A stretch of DNA of 64,000 bases. Source: Eledone cirrhosa (Eukaryota). A program made the position numbers and the translations under genes. This document shows, in pieces, positions 1 to 14,259 of the stretch (the stretch's first letter is position 1; the number at the start of each line of letters is the position of its first letter). The notes under the pieces are model-generated. The model made no database searches. It was given only the letters and a program-made list of their open reading frames with translations, and was not told the origin of the DNA. The stretch spans positions 6,076,001 to 6,140,000 of the forward strand of contig OZ024748.1 in the NCBI GenBank assembly GCA_964016885.1, in the 5' to 3' direction.

Positions 1-333
1 ACATACATCCATATTCGGTTGCAACACACACACACACACGCTATACCTATATACACCCAGTCCCTCCTCAAGTATTTTACAATATCTATGTAGCAGATGG
101 GCTGTAATAATATCCGATTCACCAATGAATTGATTCAGTCGTAATAAATCAATCAGTTCCTGTCTCTTTTACCATTTCTCATGCACCCACCTCTTGTCAT
201 ATGTTGTTGTTATTGTTATAGTTGTTGGTCATCCTATGCATGATGTCGGTGTTGCGGATTATGCTCTTGTTTTCTTGTTATAATTGTCATTAATGTTATG
301 ATTTCCTTTAAATATATACATACACAGACATAG

Positions 334-389
<56 letters not shown>

Positions 390-516
390 TCTCTCTCGCT
401 CTTTTTCTCTCTCTCTCTCTTTCTCTTTGTGTTATTTGAATCTACTATGATTTGGGCTTACCTTATTCATATATATATGTTTTTGCATGTCAGTTAGATT
501 CAAACTTACAAGGATT

Positions 517-618
<102 letters not shown>

Positions 619-1074
619 TGTTAAAATAATTAGATTGAATTAATTCAACAGTTAAACACAGTTAGGAATAACACATTGTCTATGTTACCGTCCTGTTGTT
701 GTCTGGCATGTTCGTACACGACGACAACACGACGGTAACATAGACAACATAGAAATTAGAATAATATCTAAACATAGAAATGACCCAGCAGATAGGCAAA
801 TCAGAGAGGCCAGTGAAGTAGAACTTAGAAGGCCAAGGCTAAACAGAAAAAATGAATGGAATAACAACAACACCCAAACAAACAACACTGACCTAAGAGA
901 AGTATAAATAAATAAATAGATAAATAAATAAATAAATACATACACAAGCACAATAACAACGAACACATATAAACACACACTAGTAAAGATAGAATACATT
1001 AACCAATACACAGTCACCCAATCACGAACACACATCAAACAAAACTATACACACACGTAAACGCATGCGCAAAG

Positions 1075-1408
1075 AAGACAAAATAAAATAAACAAATAAA
1101 TAAATATATAAACAGACTAAATAAAGATGGCGTAGAAAATACAATGCAACGGGAGGAAACAATAGCACCACTGACGTTGTTGCAGATGTGCAACGAAAGA
1201 AGTTTGATAAACTATATATATGTGTTTGTGTCTATATTGTATCTGTATTTTTGACCGTTGGTCAGTCAATGGTAAACACTGACGACCGAATAAATTAAAT
1301 TAACCGATATAAAAGACACAGAAGCGAAAAGCGAAAACCAACCAAACAGTGAGTTTGTTCTGTTATTAATTCTGGCAATATTACACAAATATGACCCTCC
1401 CCAAGTAT

Positions 1409-1414
<6 letters not shown>
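1075..1414 (+). mobile_element. Short dispersed element ending at (TA)n, Penelope-like 3' terminus family; other copies at 5811-6170, 21935-22080, 50797-50840 and 51330-51450
   Basis: The end atatgaccctccccaagtataacaa abuts (TA)n. The copy at 5811-6170 is its reverse complement. It contains a hammerhead-like CTGACG-tGTTGCAgatgTGCAAC-GAAA. Confidence 0.7.
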
Positions 1415-1455
<41 letters not shown>

Positions 1456-1690
1456 TGTACATATATATGCGTGTATATATATATGCGTGTGCATATATAT
1501 ATATACATATACACACGCATATATATATACACGCATATATATGTACACGCATATATATATATACATATAGCTGGTACTTCAGTACAAGTCATACACATAC
1601 AAGATAAATTACTTAAAAATTGAGAGATAAATGTTGTTTTGTATTCTTTAATCCTTTACTAGTTTTACAGAAAGTATCCATTATTATTAG

Positions 1691-2411
1691 TGTAAGTGGA
1701 TTGGCAGTATCAGTAGAGGCTCGCACGCTGTGCTTTGCAGCATAGTTACGTCCCTTTACCGACTGAGTTCAAATCCCGCCGAGGTTAACTTTGCCTTTCA
1801 TCCTTTCGGGCTCGATAAAATAAAGTACCAGTAATGCACTGGGTAAATGCTGGCCTTGTGCCAAAAGTAGAAACAATTATTAGTGTAGGTGGATTGGTTG
1901 AATCGGTAGAGCGTCGCACAGCATGTTTTGTGGTATATAGTTACGGCCTTTACGTTCTGAGGTCGAATCCCACCGAGGTTAAATTTGTAATTCATCCTTA
2001 CAGTGTTGATAAAATAAAGCACCAGTAACGTACTGGAGTCGATTTAATCGACTTTCCCTTCCCTCCAAATTACTGGCCTTGTGCCTATATTAGAAATCAT
2101 TATTTGTATAGGTGGATTGGTAGAATCGGTAGAGCGTTAAACAACATGCTTTGCGGCATATAGTTACGGCCTTTTACGTTCTGATTTGAAATATCGCCGT
2201 GGTTAACTCTACCTTTTATCCTTACGGGGTCTATAAAATAAAGCACCAGTAACATACTGGGGTCTGTTCGACTTTCATCTCCCTCCAAATTACTGGTCTT
2301 GTGCCTATAGTAGAATCATTATTAGTGTAGGTGGCCTTTTACGTTTTGAGTTCAAATCCTACCGAGGTTAGCTTTACTTTTCATCCTTACAGAGTCGATA
2401 AAATAAAGCAT
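1691..2411 (+). mobile_element. Tandem cluster of about 4 tRNA-derived SINE copies (family A)
   Basis: Repeated gtggattgg...gagttcaaatcccgccgaggttaactttgcctttcatccttacggggtcgataaaataaagtacc...ggccttgtgcc, with B box GTTCAAATCC. Confidence 0.85.
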
Positions 2412-2818
2412 AAGCTTCGTGACTGAATAGAATATTTTCCCCAGAAAGAGAATATATTGGAGGATAGATATAAATAGGCTGTGAGTCAATCACTCTCGCA
2501 GTGAAAATCCCAGCAGGCTCTGTCTATGGCTACCTGCGTTCTCCACGTATTATCCGCTGCGTTGCAAAACGCCAAATAATCTTATTAAAGAACCATCGAG
2601 AAGCACTATATAACAGGATTTTCAACAGTGGTTAATGGTTTCATGATTGAGCAAATGTCATATGCCGTAACGAAGTAACATAACACATAATAAATTCAAG
2701 CATGGAGGTCATACAGATTACCAGTCAATGTGATAGTAATTCTCTAATGATTTGTGGAGTTTTCTATGACTAAAAGCTGTAAATGTACTTTAAACAGTCA
2801 ACTGTATATGAAACTGTG

Positions 2819-3150
2819 AAGGCGCATGGCTTTGTTGTTAGGGTATTCGGCTTTCAATCGTATTGTTGTGAGTTCGATTCCCGGTTGCATGTCGTGCCCT
2901 TGAGCAAGACACTTTATTTCACGTTGCTCCAGTCCTCTCAGCTGGCAAAAATGAATTGTACCTGCAGTTCAAATGACCAGCCTTGTCACCATCTGTGTCA
3001 AGTTGAATTTCCATGAGAACTATGTTAAGTGTACACGTGTCTGTGGAATGCTCAGCCACTTGCAAACTTGCAAGTTAAATTCATTAATATGCTGTTCCGT
3101 TGGTCGGATCAACTGGAACCCTCGTCGTCGTAACCGATGGAGTGCCTCCT
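2819..3150 (+). mobile_element. tRNA-derived SINE with CORE-like domain (family B)
   Basis: A box tggctttgttgttagg, B box gttcgattccc, core ccttgagcaagacactttatttcacgttgctccagtcc. Related copies at 9980-10250 and 12780-13100. Confidence 0.8.
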
Positions 3151-3672
3151 TATATGTGAAGCTACTAACAAGTATTTTCTTCTGTTAGTCTTTAATAAGT
3201 AGCTGCAATTACTATCATAAGAACTGGAATGTGAGTCGGTGTCTCCATACGATGTTATTGCCATGTAAATGCCTTCTCAGCCCAGGTCATATTTCGATTG
3301 AAAATATTTGGTTCTGACTCAAAACTAACCTCGATCAATATACAGTTATATAATATACGAATATACATTTATATCGAATAATATATATTTATATAATACA
3401 TACACAATATATAGTTTCAAAACACAATCAATTCTTTTATTTGGCAGTGAGACTGAAATGTAATGCCAGATAATTTTGTGGTAAATTCGATATACTTGTT
3501 GCCTAATCGAGTTCAAAAGGTGATTGGCAAATTAAGGGGTGCCCACACTATTAAAAGTGATGTTTTCTATTTTATGTAATGTTTTCTAATATTTTGTATT
3601 ATTTGTAAATAAATATTTTTTTGTATCTGAAAAGAAGGTAAAAGAATTTGAGGCAGCCTAGTTTCTCATTTC

Positions 3673-3717
<45 letters not shown>

Positions 3718-4129
3718 TTCAGGGTATATATATATATATTTATATATATATAATATATATATATATATACAGGCTCGGTAAGAGATGACCTGTTAACAAA
3801 CTCAAATACCAAGAGTCGGAATATGAACAAAAACAACCACAAAAAAGATTAACAACAAAATTAACAATATTTCAATCAATTGCCATTCACAAAATTGATT
3901 TAAGAAGTCATCAAAAGATGGAAACTACAAGATCAATATATTTTATTTTCTTATTTATTTTCAGAAATGACCCAAACGATGTAGAATCGATTATCAACTT
4001 TGTACATTTTTTTCTCCAATTCTATGTCTACGAAGAATTTTTAGATAAAATAAAAACATCCTTCATTCAAGTACATTTGAAGTACCATTCTAACACACAC
4101 ACATACACACACACACACACATATATATA

Positions 4130-4235
<106 letters not shown>

Positions 4236-5040
4236 TAGAGAATTTATTGAATCACCAAATTATCAGTCATTAGCGAATTGACTTGTGTCATTAATTATGG
4301 CTCTCTGTATTGAAATCTTAACGGGAGTCGATGTTTATTTCTCTTCCTACTCGGTGGTCGATAAATAAAGTACCAATCAACTTTTTCCCTCAAAATAACT
4401 CTCTCATTGTATGATCCTATATCAGAAAAGACTTTTATTAGTGCTCGAGACAATAATCATCGGTAACTACTGAGCCGCAGGTTTTATGTCGGAGTTATGC
4501 TAGTTTCCTGAGTTGCCCTGACAAAGGCTATGTGTCCTTCACTCCCAGTGGTTTAACCGCGCGATTAGGTATCCAGCTCGACTATTTCTATGTCCCCGTG
4601 CATATATACACACATATGTATACATGTATATAAATATATACATAAACACATATATACACAGCTATACACATACATACATGCAAACATACATACATACATA
4701 CAAACATCCATCCATACACACATACATACATACATCCATACATCCATACACACATCCAGCCATACACACATCCATACATACATACATACATACATACATA
4801 CATACATACATACATACAAGCACAAATGTACACCTAATGACTTCTTTACGTCTGGGGAAATTGAATACTCATCAAAAGTTACAAATACGAAAAGACACCT
4901 TAGTTTGAACAGATTTACTTTTGATGCTTTCAGTATTATTATTTTTATTATTCATAATGTTAATATCATTATAACCAGTCATCGTTGGTTTTGTTACTGT
5001 TGTTGTTATTATTATTGTTGTTGTTGTCGTTCTTATTGTC

Positions 5041-5115
<75 letters not shown>
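5041..5115. repeat. (AGT)n microsatellite
   Basis: Perfect agt run. Confidence 0.95.
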
Positions 5116-5116
<1 letters not shown>

Positions 5117-5471
5117 TCAATATCATTAATAATATTATTACTATATATTTTTTGTTTGATAATTTCATTTTTTTTCGTGTGTTTGGGGGGGGGGGGGTGT
5201 TTTTCTGGTCTTGTCACGTTAGATTTATTTAATATTTTTCTTTATATATTTTTGGATGGAATTTATCGTTTAGAGTTAAATGGACCGAATATTTATTGTT
5301 TACGCGACACCCAATTCTTGTACATATATACATATATACGTATGCATATATACAAATATATACACACACACAACAAACACACACAGACCAGACGTGTATA
5401 CATATATACATATCTATATATATAGAGAGAGAGAGAGACAGAGAGACACGGAGAGAGAGAGAGAGGGAGAA

Positions 5472-5523
<52 letters not shown>

Positions 5524-5810
5524 TGAGAGAGAGAAATGTGTGTGTATATATATATATATCTTTTTGTGCTGTACAGATTTAAACAAATCTTTCATTTTTC
5601 CATTTTTCGTTTGTTTATTATGTAAGAAAAACATAACTTTATGAAATGTAAAATATAATCTATAAAAGGTGTGGTGCAAAGTGCGTAATAAACGATCTTC
5701 ATTGCACTTGGAATTCTCTTTTATATATATATATATACACACACATATACATACATACATATATATATATATATACACCCACACATATATACATATATAT
5801 ATATATATAT

Positions 5811-6170
5811 ATTGTTATATTTGGGGAGGGTCATATTTGCGTAATATTGCCAGAATTAATAACAGAACACACTCACTGTTTGGTTGGTTTTCGCTTCTCG
5901 CTGTCTTTTATATATATATATCTGCGATCTAACTTACTCGGTCCTCAATGTTGCCATTGACTGACCGGTGGTCAAAAATAAAATAATACAGATACAATAT
6001 AGACAAACACATATATATATAGTTTACATAAATCTTTCGTTGCACATCTGCAACATCGTCAGTGGTGTTATATTCATTGTTCCTCCTGTTGTGTTGTATG
6101 TCTACGCCATTTTTTTTTTTTGTTTTTTTTTTTTTTTGTTTTTTTTTGTTCTTTTTTTGTTCAGTCCGTC
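5811..6170 (-). mobile_element. Copy of the 1075-1414 element with a degenerate hammerhead at 6027-6064
   Basis: Reverse complement of 1075-1414. The minus strand reads CA-CTGACGA-tGTTGCAgatgTGCAAC-GAAA-GATT-TA-TG. Confidence 0.65.
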
Positions 6171-6186
6171 TATATATTTATTTATT

Positions 6187-6217
<31 letters not shown>

Positions 6218-6390
6218 ATATATATGTATATACATATATATATATATATGTGTATATATATATTGAGTATATGTTGGTTGTTTACCGACACCTCAGTATG
6301 CAGAGTGGAGCACTCGACGAATTACGGAGTAATGTAAAATAAAATAATTAAATAAAATATTTAAAATTTGGCTTCGTTTATTAAAGATGT

Positions 6391-6445
6391 ACTGCTATAT
6401 ATATTTCGGTGACAACCATCATTGGCTGTGACCTCTTCAGGCAGT
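6391..6445 (-). ncRNA. Minimal type-I hammerhead ribozyme motif
   Basis: ACTGC-CTGAAGA-GGTCACAGCCA atga TGGTTGTCACC-GAAA-TATAT-ATA-GCAGT. Stem I is ACTGC/GCAGT, stem II is 11 bp with one mismatch, and stem III is the palindrome ATATATAT. Confidence 0.8.
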
Positions 6446-6597
6446 CCGAATTGGTGTGGTAGAGACAGGTACACATGTTGTTGAAGTGTTTTACTCCGTC
6501 AATACTCCGATATGTCCAGCTCCTGGTTGTTATTTCTCTCAGGAACTGGAATCATATACACATGTTATTTTAATAAATAAATAAATATATATATATA

Positions 6598-6830
6598 TAT
6601 TAAAATAACAGATTAAAGTTCAAGCGAAGAATCGCTGCTTAACGGGATCTTCTGAAACTCAGAAGATCCCGTTAAGGATGAAACCAGCGATTCTCTGCTT
6701 AAACTTTAATCTGTTATTTTAATAAATATTTGCTCTACGGTTCTTATATATTTGATATATATTTATCCTTATCGGGCCCTCTTTGGATTTTAGTCTTCAA
6801 AGTTATTATTATTGTTATTACTATATATAT
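6598..6830. mobile_element. Inverted-pair mini-element (family C) with CAGAAGA hammerhead-like core
   Basis: Arm 6601-6654 is the reverse complement of about 6659-6722. The same family occurs at 18505-18745, 32575-32630, 45855-45930 and 61187-61410. Confidence 0.75.
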
Positions 6831-7151
6831 ATGACCTTCTAAATGAACTTTCTTGCTCATGTCTTCCTTCTCTTCGTTCTTATTTTGATCTCTTTACTCG
6901 ATGGCTCATTGTGGCAAGTAAAAGAAGAGAAAGATAATACTAATTATGAAGGTCTTCGAACGTGTGACGAAGGAGATTTGAGAATCAAATATGATAGTTG
7001 AACAACCATCTTGTTATTAAACTAAACCAAGAATGGATTAGTTATCTAACTACGAATATTATCAAAGTGATACTCAAGAGTTGAGTATGATTTCATTGGC
7101 AGCAAGACAAACCTCCGTATATATATATATATATATATACATACATATACA

Positions 7152-7229
<78 letters not shown>

Positions 7230-7234
7230 ATATG

Positions 7235-7332
<98 letters not shown>

Positions 7333-7351
7333 AAGAGAGCGAGAGAGAGAG

Positions 7352-7413
7352 AGAAGAAGAAGAAGAAGAAGAAGAAGAAGAAGAAGAAGAAGAAGAAGAA
7401 GAAGAAGAAGAAG
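7352..7413. repeat. (GAA)n microsatellite following (TA)n/(GA)n
   Basis: Direct reading. Confidence 0.95.
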
Positions 7414-7418
7414 AATTA

Positions 7419-7603
7419 ATAATTGTTTCTACTTTTGGCACAAGGCCAGCAAATTACCCAGTTCATTACTGGTACTTTATTTTATCGACCCCGTAAGGAT
7501 GAAAGGCAAAGTTAACCTCGGCGGGATTTGAACTCAGAATGGCAAGGGCCGTAACTCTATGCGTCAAAGCATGGCGTCCGACCCTCTACCGATACTGCCA
7601 ATC
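7419..7603 (-). mobile_element. SINE family A copy
   Basis: Reverse complement of the 1691-1880 unit. Confidence 0.85.
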
Positions 7604-8488
7604 ATAATAATAGGTTGTTATTTCTGTCTCGAAAGTTCTTTGCTCGTTTCTTCCATCTGTAACCTTTCAATCGTTGCTCGTTTTGTCTGAATTCTGCTCA
7701 TATTACTCACATAAAGAATAGTTTTGCACTTATTGCTCTACGAACTGGTGCATGTGTTCGTAAAGTATATATATATGTATGTAAGTATCTAATTATATAT
7801 GTATGTGTATATATATATGTGTGTGTGTGAGTGTGTGCGTGAATGAACGTCTGTGTGTGTGTCTCTGATTTTCTCTTTCCGTCGACGTCATGTATTAATG
7901 TGATATTTTTATGTCTAGTCTACTTATTTAATGTCATATATATATATATATATATGTTTATATATATGTTTATATATATATATATATATATATGTTTTGC
8001 TTGGTTTTGTGTGCTTGCAGTTTGTTGCTTTCCGTTTTGGTTGATAATTATCTAGACGAGTGGACATATTTCATACAGGAACTTAAGCTGTCCAGTTGCA
8101 CCTGCCATACAAGGAGGTGGTCTACCAGCATTTTACTATATATATATATATGGATATATATGTGCGTGATTGCGTATACATATGTATATATATATAGGTA
8201 TTTAACCAGTGTTAATCTAGTAAGACCATTATTAAGGAGAGTACTTGATAGATGCTATTGTATATGAAAAAGACCTCAGCCGTCGGTCACAGACGCTGTC
8301 TTTTCATATATGTGTGTGTGTGTGTATGTAATATATATATATATAACTTTATACCGGGTTCAATCGGGGGGGGGGGGACCACGGTAAGTACGGTAGTCAA
8401 TACATAGCAGAGTATAAGTATAAATAGTCCTGTAGAAGCCATTTCTATATTCTCTCTCTCTATATATATATATATGTATATATATATA

Positions 8489-8570
<82 letters not shown>

Positions 8571-8791
8571 GAATGCAAAAAGTAAGCGGAAACAATTAAA
8601 CAATATTGTACAAGGAATAGTTATATTAGTTTGACTCTTGTTATAGAAGGGAAAGTGTCTGAAAGTTTCAGACATCACTCTTTCATCAGAAGATAGAATG
8701 AAAAATATAAGATGAAATAGAAAGATAGCGTGTGAGAAAAGGGAGGAACGTAAAGGACTTCCGGGGAAAAGGCACGTGTGTGTTCAATCAT

Positions 8792-8868
<77 letters not shown>

Positions 8869-8882
8869 AATATATATATATA

Positions 8883-8919
<37 letters not shown>

Positions 8920-8951
8920 TGTGTGTGTGTATGTATGTATATATATATATG

Positions 8952-9022
<71 letters not shown>

Positions 9023-9312
9023 GTTAAACAAGATTCAATGAGTATATCAAAGAATGACTTTTACAGTAGATTGGAAGCACTCTACAAGAAATAATTTTCC
9101 AGAGTTATTAATATTAAAATACAAATATTAATAAAATAGATCTCTGTAGCTGTCACATTAACCAACGTTTTTCTTACTCACACATTCTCTATTGAATTTA
9201 TTACGTTTTCGCATTTTCTCATTATTAGGGTATAAATGTTAAATTTATCTTAGGATAATCACTACCTTGATTAAATCTTAACCATTTAACATCTCAGGGT
9301 ATGTCAGGTATC

Positions 9313-9375
9313 ATTATATTTTGTCTGATGAGGACGTACTGTTGTACATCCGAAATATGTATAATAAAATGTAAT
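9313..9375 (+). ncRNA. Minimal type-I hammerhead ribozyme motif in a TA-flanked element (about 9017-9415)
   Basis: ATTATATTTTGT-CTGATGA-GGAcGTAC tgtt GTACaTCC-GAAA-TATGT-ATA-ATAAAATGTAAT. Stem I is 12 bp with G-U pairs. Confidence 0.75.
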
Positions 9376-9979
9376 TGATCAAAGAACATCTATTTTATTT
9401 ATATTTGTATTTTAATATATATATATATATATTTTAATTATGTCTCATATAAAATAATACAACTGGCTATCCGCAACATACATATAGTTAGCACCTCAAA
9501 CGTAAAATTGGGATTATACTAAGGTATATCCTACTGTTCGTTGAGTGAGATGGAAGCTTTCACCCTTATATATATAGGCATGCATGCACAGAGACTATCA
9601 GTAACATCAGTTCTACTGCAAGAGGAACAATTGCGACAACTCTAACAAAAATAAGGACAATGACAACAAACACAACACTACTAACCCCAAACAACATCAC
9701 ACAATAGAAACAACACTAATAACATTTATCGATATCTTGATTATAACATAATAGATACATCATACTTGATTGACCTGGTACCTTAATAACGAGGGTATGC
9801 CGATTGTGTGGTAATTAATACAGATAAGACATCGACCACGACGATCAGGACAACGAAGAGAACTGATTATTATCACTATCTTCATTATCGGTATCATGCC
9901 CGTCACCCCACTCTCATTGCCCCCAACCTCTTCATATTTCTCGCAGCTGGTATTGATTTTTGAGGCCTTAATACAATGG

Positions 9980-10250
9980 AACGTTCGTGGCTTAGCGGTT
10001 AGGGAGTGGGATTCGCAATCATGAGGTTGTGAGTTCAATTCTCGGAACGGGCAATGATTTGTGTTCTTGAGTAAGACATTTTATTTCACGTTGCTGTTTC
10101 TGCCTGGAGTTGCGACCGGTATATAGCATCAGCAATGGAAAGACCAATGGAAACATTGTTTCCTCGGTCCGATTTGATGAGGTCCACTCCACTGGACAAG
10201 CGAATGGGGTCTGGGGGTCTTGTCGATTGATCAGAGCAAATACAGCCATT
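9980..10250 (+). mobile_element. SINE family B variant with structured 3' tail
   Basis: A box tggcttagcggttagg, B box gttcaattctc, CORE-like segment. The tail is shared with 37823-38092. Confidence 0.75.
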
Positions 10251-10359
10251 GGTCAATTCAAATTATTATCAATCCTTGTTTTTATGTTCCTCTTTTCTTT
10301 TTCGCCTTTTGGCTCAGATTACCTAAGAAAATATTATGGAATAATTCATACGTAGAATT

Positions 10360-10478
10360 TCTGAGTTCAAATCCCGCCGAGGTTAACCTTGCCTTTCATC
10401 CTTACGGGGTCGATAAAATAAAGTACCAGTAATGCACTGGGTAATTGCTGGCCTTGTGCCAAAAGTAGAAACAACTAT
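10360..10478 (+). mobile_element. SINE family A, 5'-truncated
   Basis: ctgagttcaaatcccgccgagg...agtagaaac. Confidence 0.85.
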
Positions 10479-10942
10479 TTTTAAGCGTTGCTGAAGCTGC
10501 TTCTATTGTTGAAGTAGTGTTATTGTTGATATGATTTTACTGTTGTTGTTGTTGTTGATGATGTTTGTATTGTTCTTGTTATTTAGTGTTTTCGGGTGCT
10601 ATTATATTTAAATGTTGATGATGTCGTTGTTTCAGTTGGCCGTTTGATTTGTTGCTGTTAGTGATGGTGGTGAAGTTGGTGGTGTTGGTGGTGGTAATAG
10701 CGATAGTAGTGGTGGTGTTACTGTTATTGCTATTGTTATTGTTGTGTGTTTGTGTGTTCTTCCATTATTTATCAGTAATTCAGTAGTTAGTTCCAAATTG
10801 GTTCCCTTTGCATCATTAGCTACCTGCCAGTCCAAATAAATGAGGGCTTAGTTAAAATAAAGATATCTTCCTTGGTGTTGAGTTGTCTCGTTTAGGGCTA
10901 GTCTCGGTCTAGTTGTTCACTTCATTACATTTGTTAATTTGG

Positions 10943-11078
<136 letters not shown>

Positions 11079-11180
11079 GTGTATTTATATATAGAAACAT
11101 ATATAGATGAAACGATACATACAGACAGACAGATATATAGTTAGGTAAATAGATAGATGGATGGATGGATAGATAGATAT

Positions 11181-12297
11181 GTTTCTTTTATTTGCCACTA
11201 GGGCATCAAAAGTGGGACAAGTACAAAGGGGGGAGTTTACACAAAAAGGCGTCCTCAATAAGGAGGAGGCAATAACAAAATATAAAAATAAAATAAGATA
11301 TAACAAAAAATAAAATTTTTAACAAAATCCTCAATAGAGAGGAGGCGCCTTGGGGGGTCGCACACACCCCCGAAAAAAGTGTGCAACCCTTCTCCTCAGG
11401 AGCACAGAGAAGGGGTGCTCCCTTGGTCTTTCATCTTCCTCACCTATAGTCTGATGTAGAGTGAAGGCCCATTCACACGGGCCATTCTCGCCACTTTCAC
11501 CCATCTTTCATAGAAACGGCTGGGGTGCAGCACCTCTCTCTCCATCCTGATCCTTCTTCCGAAATGATATCGGAAGAAACGGACCAGTTGTTGGCCAGAG
11601 AGAAAGGTGCCCGACCTCAGTCCGTTCAGACGCGTCCACCATACAACCTCTTTCGCCATGGCTATTACGCACAGAAACACCGCCTCTGCTTCATCTTTGA
11701 AGGGGGGAGGCGGCTTGATCATTACAATAGACTCGGTGGTCAACCGGATCGGTCCCACCCTTGACAGCAGTTGTTCGACATAGCCCCACAGATCGGCTAC
11801 GCCCGAGCAGTGTACCAATGCGTGTGCAACGGTTTCCTCGTCGCACACGCATCTGGGGCAGATCTTTTTGGCGGGGTCCCTACCCGGGCGCCCGTGTCTG
11901 TAGAGCCTTTCTCGAACGGGTAAAGCCCCTCGGTAACACTGCCAGGCCAGGGACTTCTGGAAGTTGTCCATAGGTCCCGGGCTGAATGTCCTACCAAACA
12001 GGCTGGCCAGTTCGTCCTCCTCCATGTCTAGGGCTTCTCCGAGGGCGTCGTCGCACCTGCTGCGTACCAGCCCTCTATAGAATGTTGCGGTGGAGTCTCC
12101 ACTGATAACCGGATCCGCCTGCCAGAGGGCGGTGAGCGCCTGGGCACACTCAGTGTGCCAGGCGCCCAGTTTTCTCGGTCTTTGCTTGACCCAGGATTGC
12201 AGCTCGGTGAGTGAGACGAGTCTGGGAAAGGTTCGTCTCACAAACGAGGCCCACACCGGTTGTCCGGTGAGGAATACGTAGAGGTGCCGTAGCCTTA
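11181..12297 (-). mobile_element. 5'-truncated Tx1/L1-clade LINE (ORF2 C-terminus plus 3' UTR)
   Basis: GC-rich open frame 12297-11444 with zf-RVT-type motifs SLAWQCYRGALPVRERL...CPRC...EETVAHALVHC...LW. The 3' UTR has AATAAA, and both ends are embedded in (GATA/GGAT)n. Confidence 0.85.
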
Positions 12298-12303
12298 TGG
12301 ATG

Positions 12304-12366
<63 letters not shown>

Positions 12367-12779
12367 GGTCAAACAAACAGATTTTGATACGAAGCGAAAC
12401 CCTAACAATACAGTTAGCAACTAAATGTTCTGTCGACTACATTAATGTGTTCACTCATATCTCAGGATATGGTGTGTTGAAGATGACGAATAATATTAGA
12501 CGCTTCATTTTATCTCGTTACACACACTTTGTTTTCTTTTAACTTCAAGTGATATATTAAGGATTGTCTAAAAAGGGAGAGTCCCTATAATTGATCAGTT
12601 TGTGTCTCAGAAAAAAGACAACAACGTTAAAAACAATGAAATAAAACCAATCCATAATAGTTCAAATAAATATATTGAATACAATATAACTGAATTTCAC
12701 TTCAATGATTATTGACAAATACCGTTTGTTATTGTTCAAAATATATCAATAGATTTTTAGGATCATTACCCATTGTGCG

Positions 12780-13100
12780 TACATGGGACTCAGTAATTAG
12801 TGTCTTTGGCTCATGATTATAAGGTCATGCTTTCGAATCATGGTGCCTCGTGTGTCCCTGAACAAGGAACGTTATTTCACGTTGGTCCTGTCCACACAGC
12901 TGGCAAAATTGATTCGTACATGTAATTCGAAGGGTCTGCGTTGACACAAACATGACTCACACTCAATCTCACCGAGAACTACGTTAAAAGTACACGTGTT
13001 TGTGTGTCCCTCTGGCCCTTACTCGTCAATTTTATGGTCAGACTGTTTCGTTGATTGAACTAATTGTAATTCTTGTCCTCATAACCGGCGGAGATTCAAC
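12780..13100 (+). mobile_element. Diverged SINE family B copy
   Basis: gtgtccctgaacaaggaacgttatttcacgttgg...ctggcaaaa...gagaactacgttaa matches 2819-3150. Confidence 0.65.
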
Positions 13101-13983
13101 ACGTTTTTTTATTGTTTCAAGACACATCAAAGGAGAGCCAACAATTTGCAATCGTTCCAACGAGGTATACAGTATATACAAATACCAGTTAGTTACTGGG
13201 GTCGATATAGTTGGCTTTAAAATCAAATTTAAACTTTCCCCAAATTACTGGCCTGGTGGCAATGTTAAAAATGGTATGTCTACAAAATGCTGGGCGAACA
13301 TGTTTGGGTGCAGAATGTCTCCGTTCATTTACACATGCTCTGGTCGTTTCACACTCATATTTTTTAGTTCAGGCCATTATGCAGTATTGTCTCAGTATTA
13401 TGCAATCCTACCATGGTGCACAAAATTGTATTGTCCAGGGAGTAGCTGATGAGAAAGTTGATGCATTTTGGACTTGAGCAAAGTGTAATAAAGTGTCTGC
13501 CTAAAAGATACAACGAGCCACCGGGAAGCGAACTCAGGAACCTATGATCATAAACCGAATAAATTGTGTATAAATATTATATACACATACACACACACAA
13601 ACATATATATATATACATATATTTGTGTGTGCGTGTGTCTGCGTATGTGTGTGTATGTAAGTATGTAGGTGTACGTTTCTGTGCAAATGGCGTTAGTTAT
13701 ATTTTACACGAGATTTAAAAGTAGGTTTAGTTGAAACTAAGTGTAAAGTGATGTCAGATATTTTGTGGGAGGGAAACTGTAAAATGGAACTATGTTTTCT
13801 AGAAATCAAATCAGAGTCAAATAACGTTTGAAATATTTATGGCCTAATGTTCGGTAGGGTATATTTTGAAAACTAACCCCGACTTCTGGTTAAAAACCTG
13901 TTTGGAGGAAATGCCATGTATTCTAATGTTTCCAATGTCGTGATTTATGCGTTTTCTGCTTGTCACACTATACTTATATATAA

Positions 13984-14054
<71 letters not shown>

Positions 14055-14259
14055 GTGTATATATATCAATCTCTGTATGTATATATGTCAGTGACCGTGT
14101 GTGTATATACAAATATGCGTTATGTGTAAATATATGTAAAGTCCCTGTCTGAGTATATATATCTATATATACAGAGAGGCCATGCTCCCCTCTCCCCAAT
14201 AACTATATTTTTCTCCCCAAACTACCAATACACACATCTATTTATGTAGCTGTAATGTA

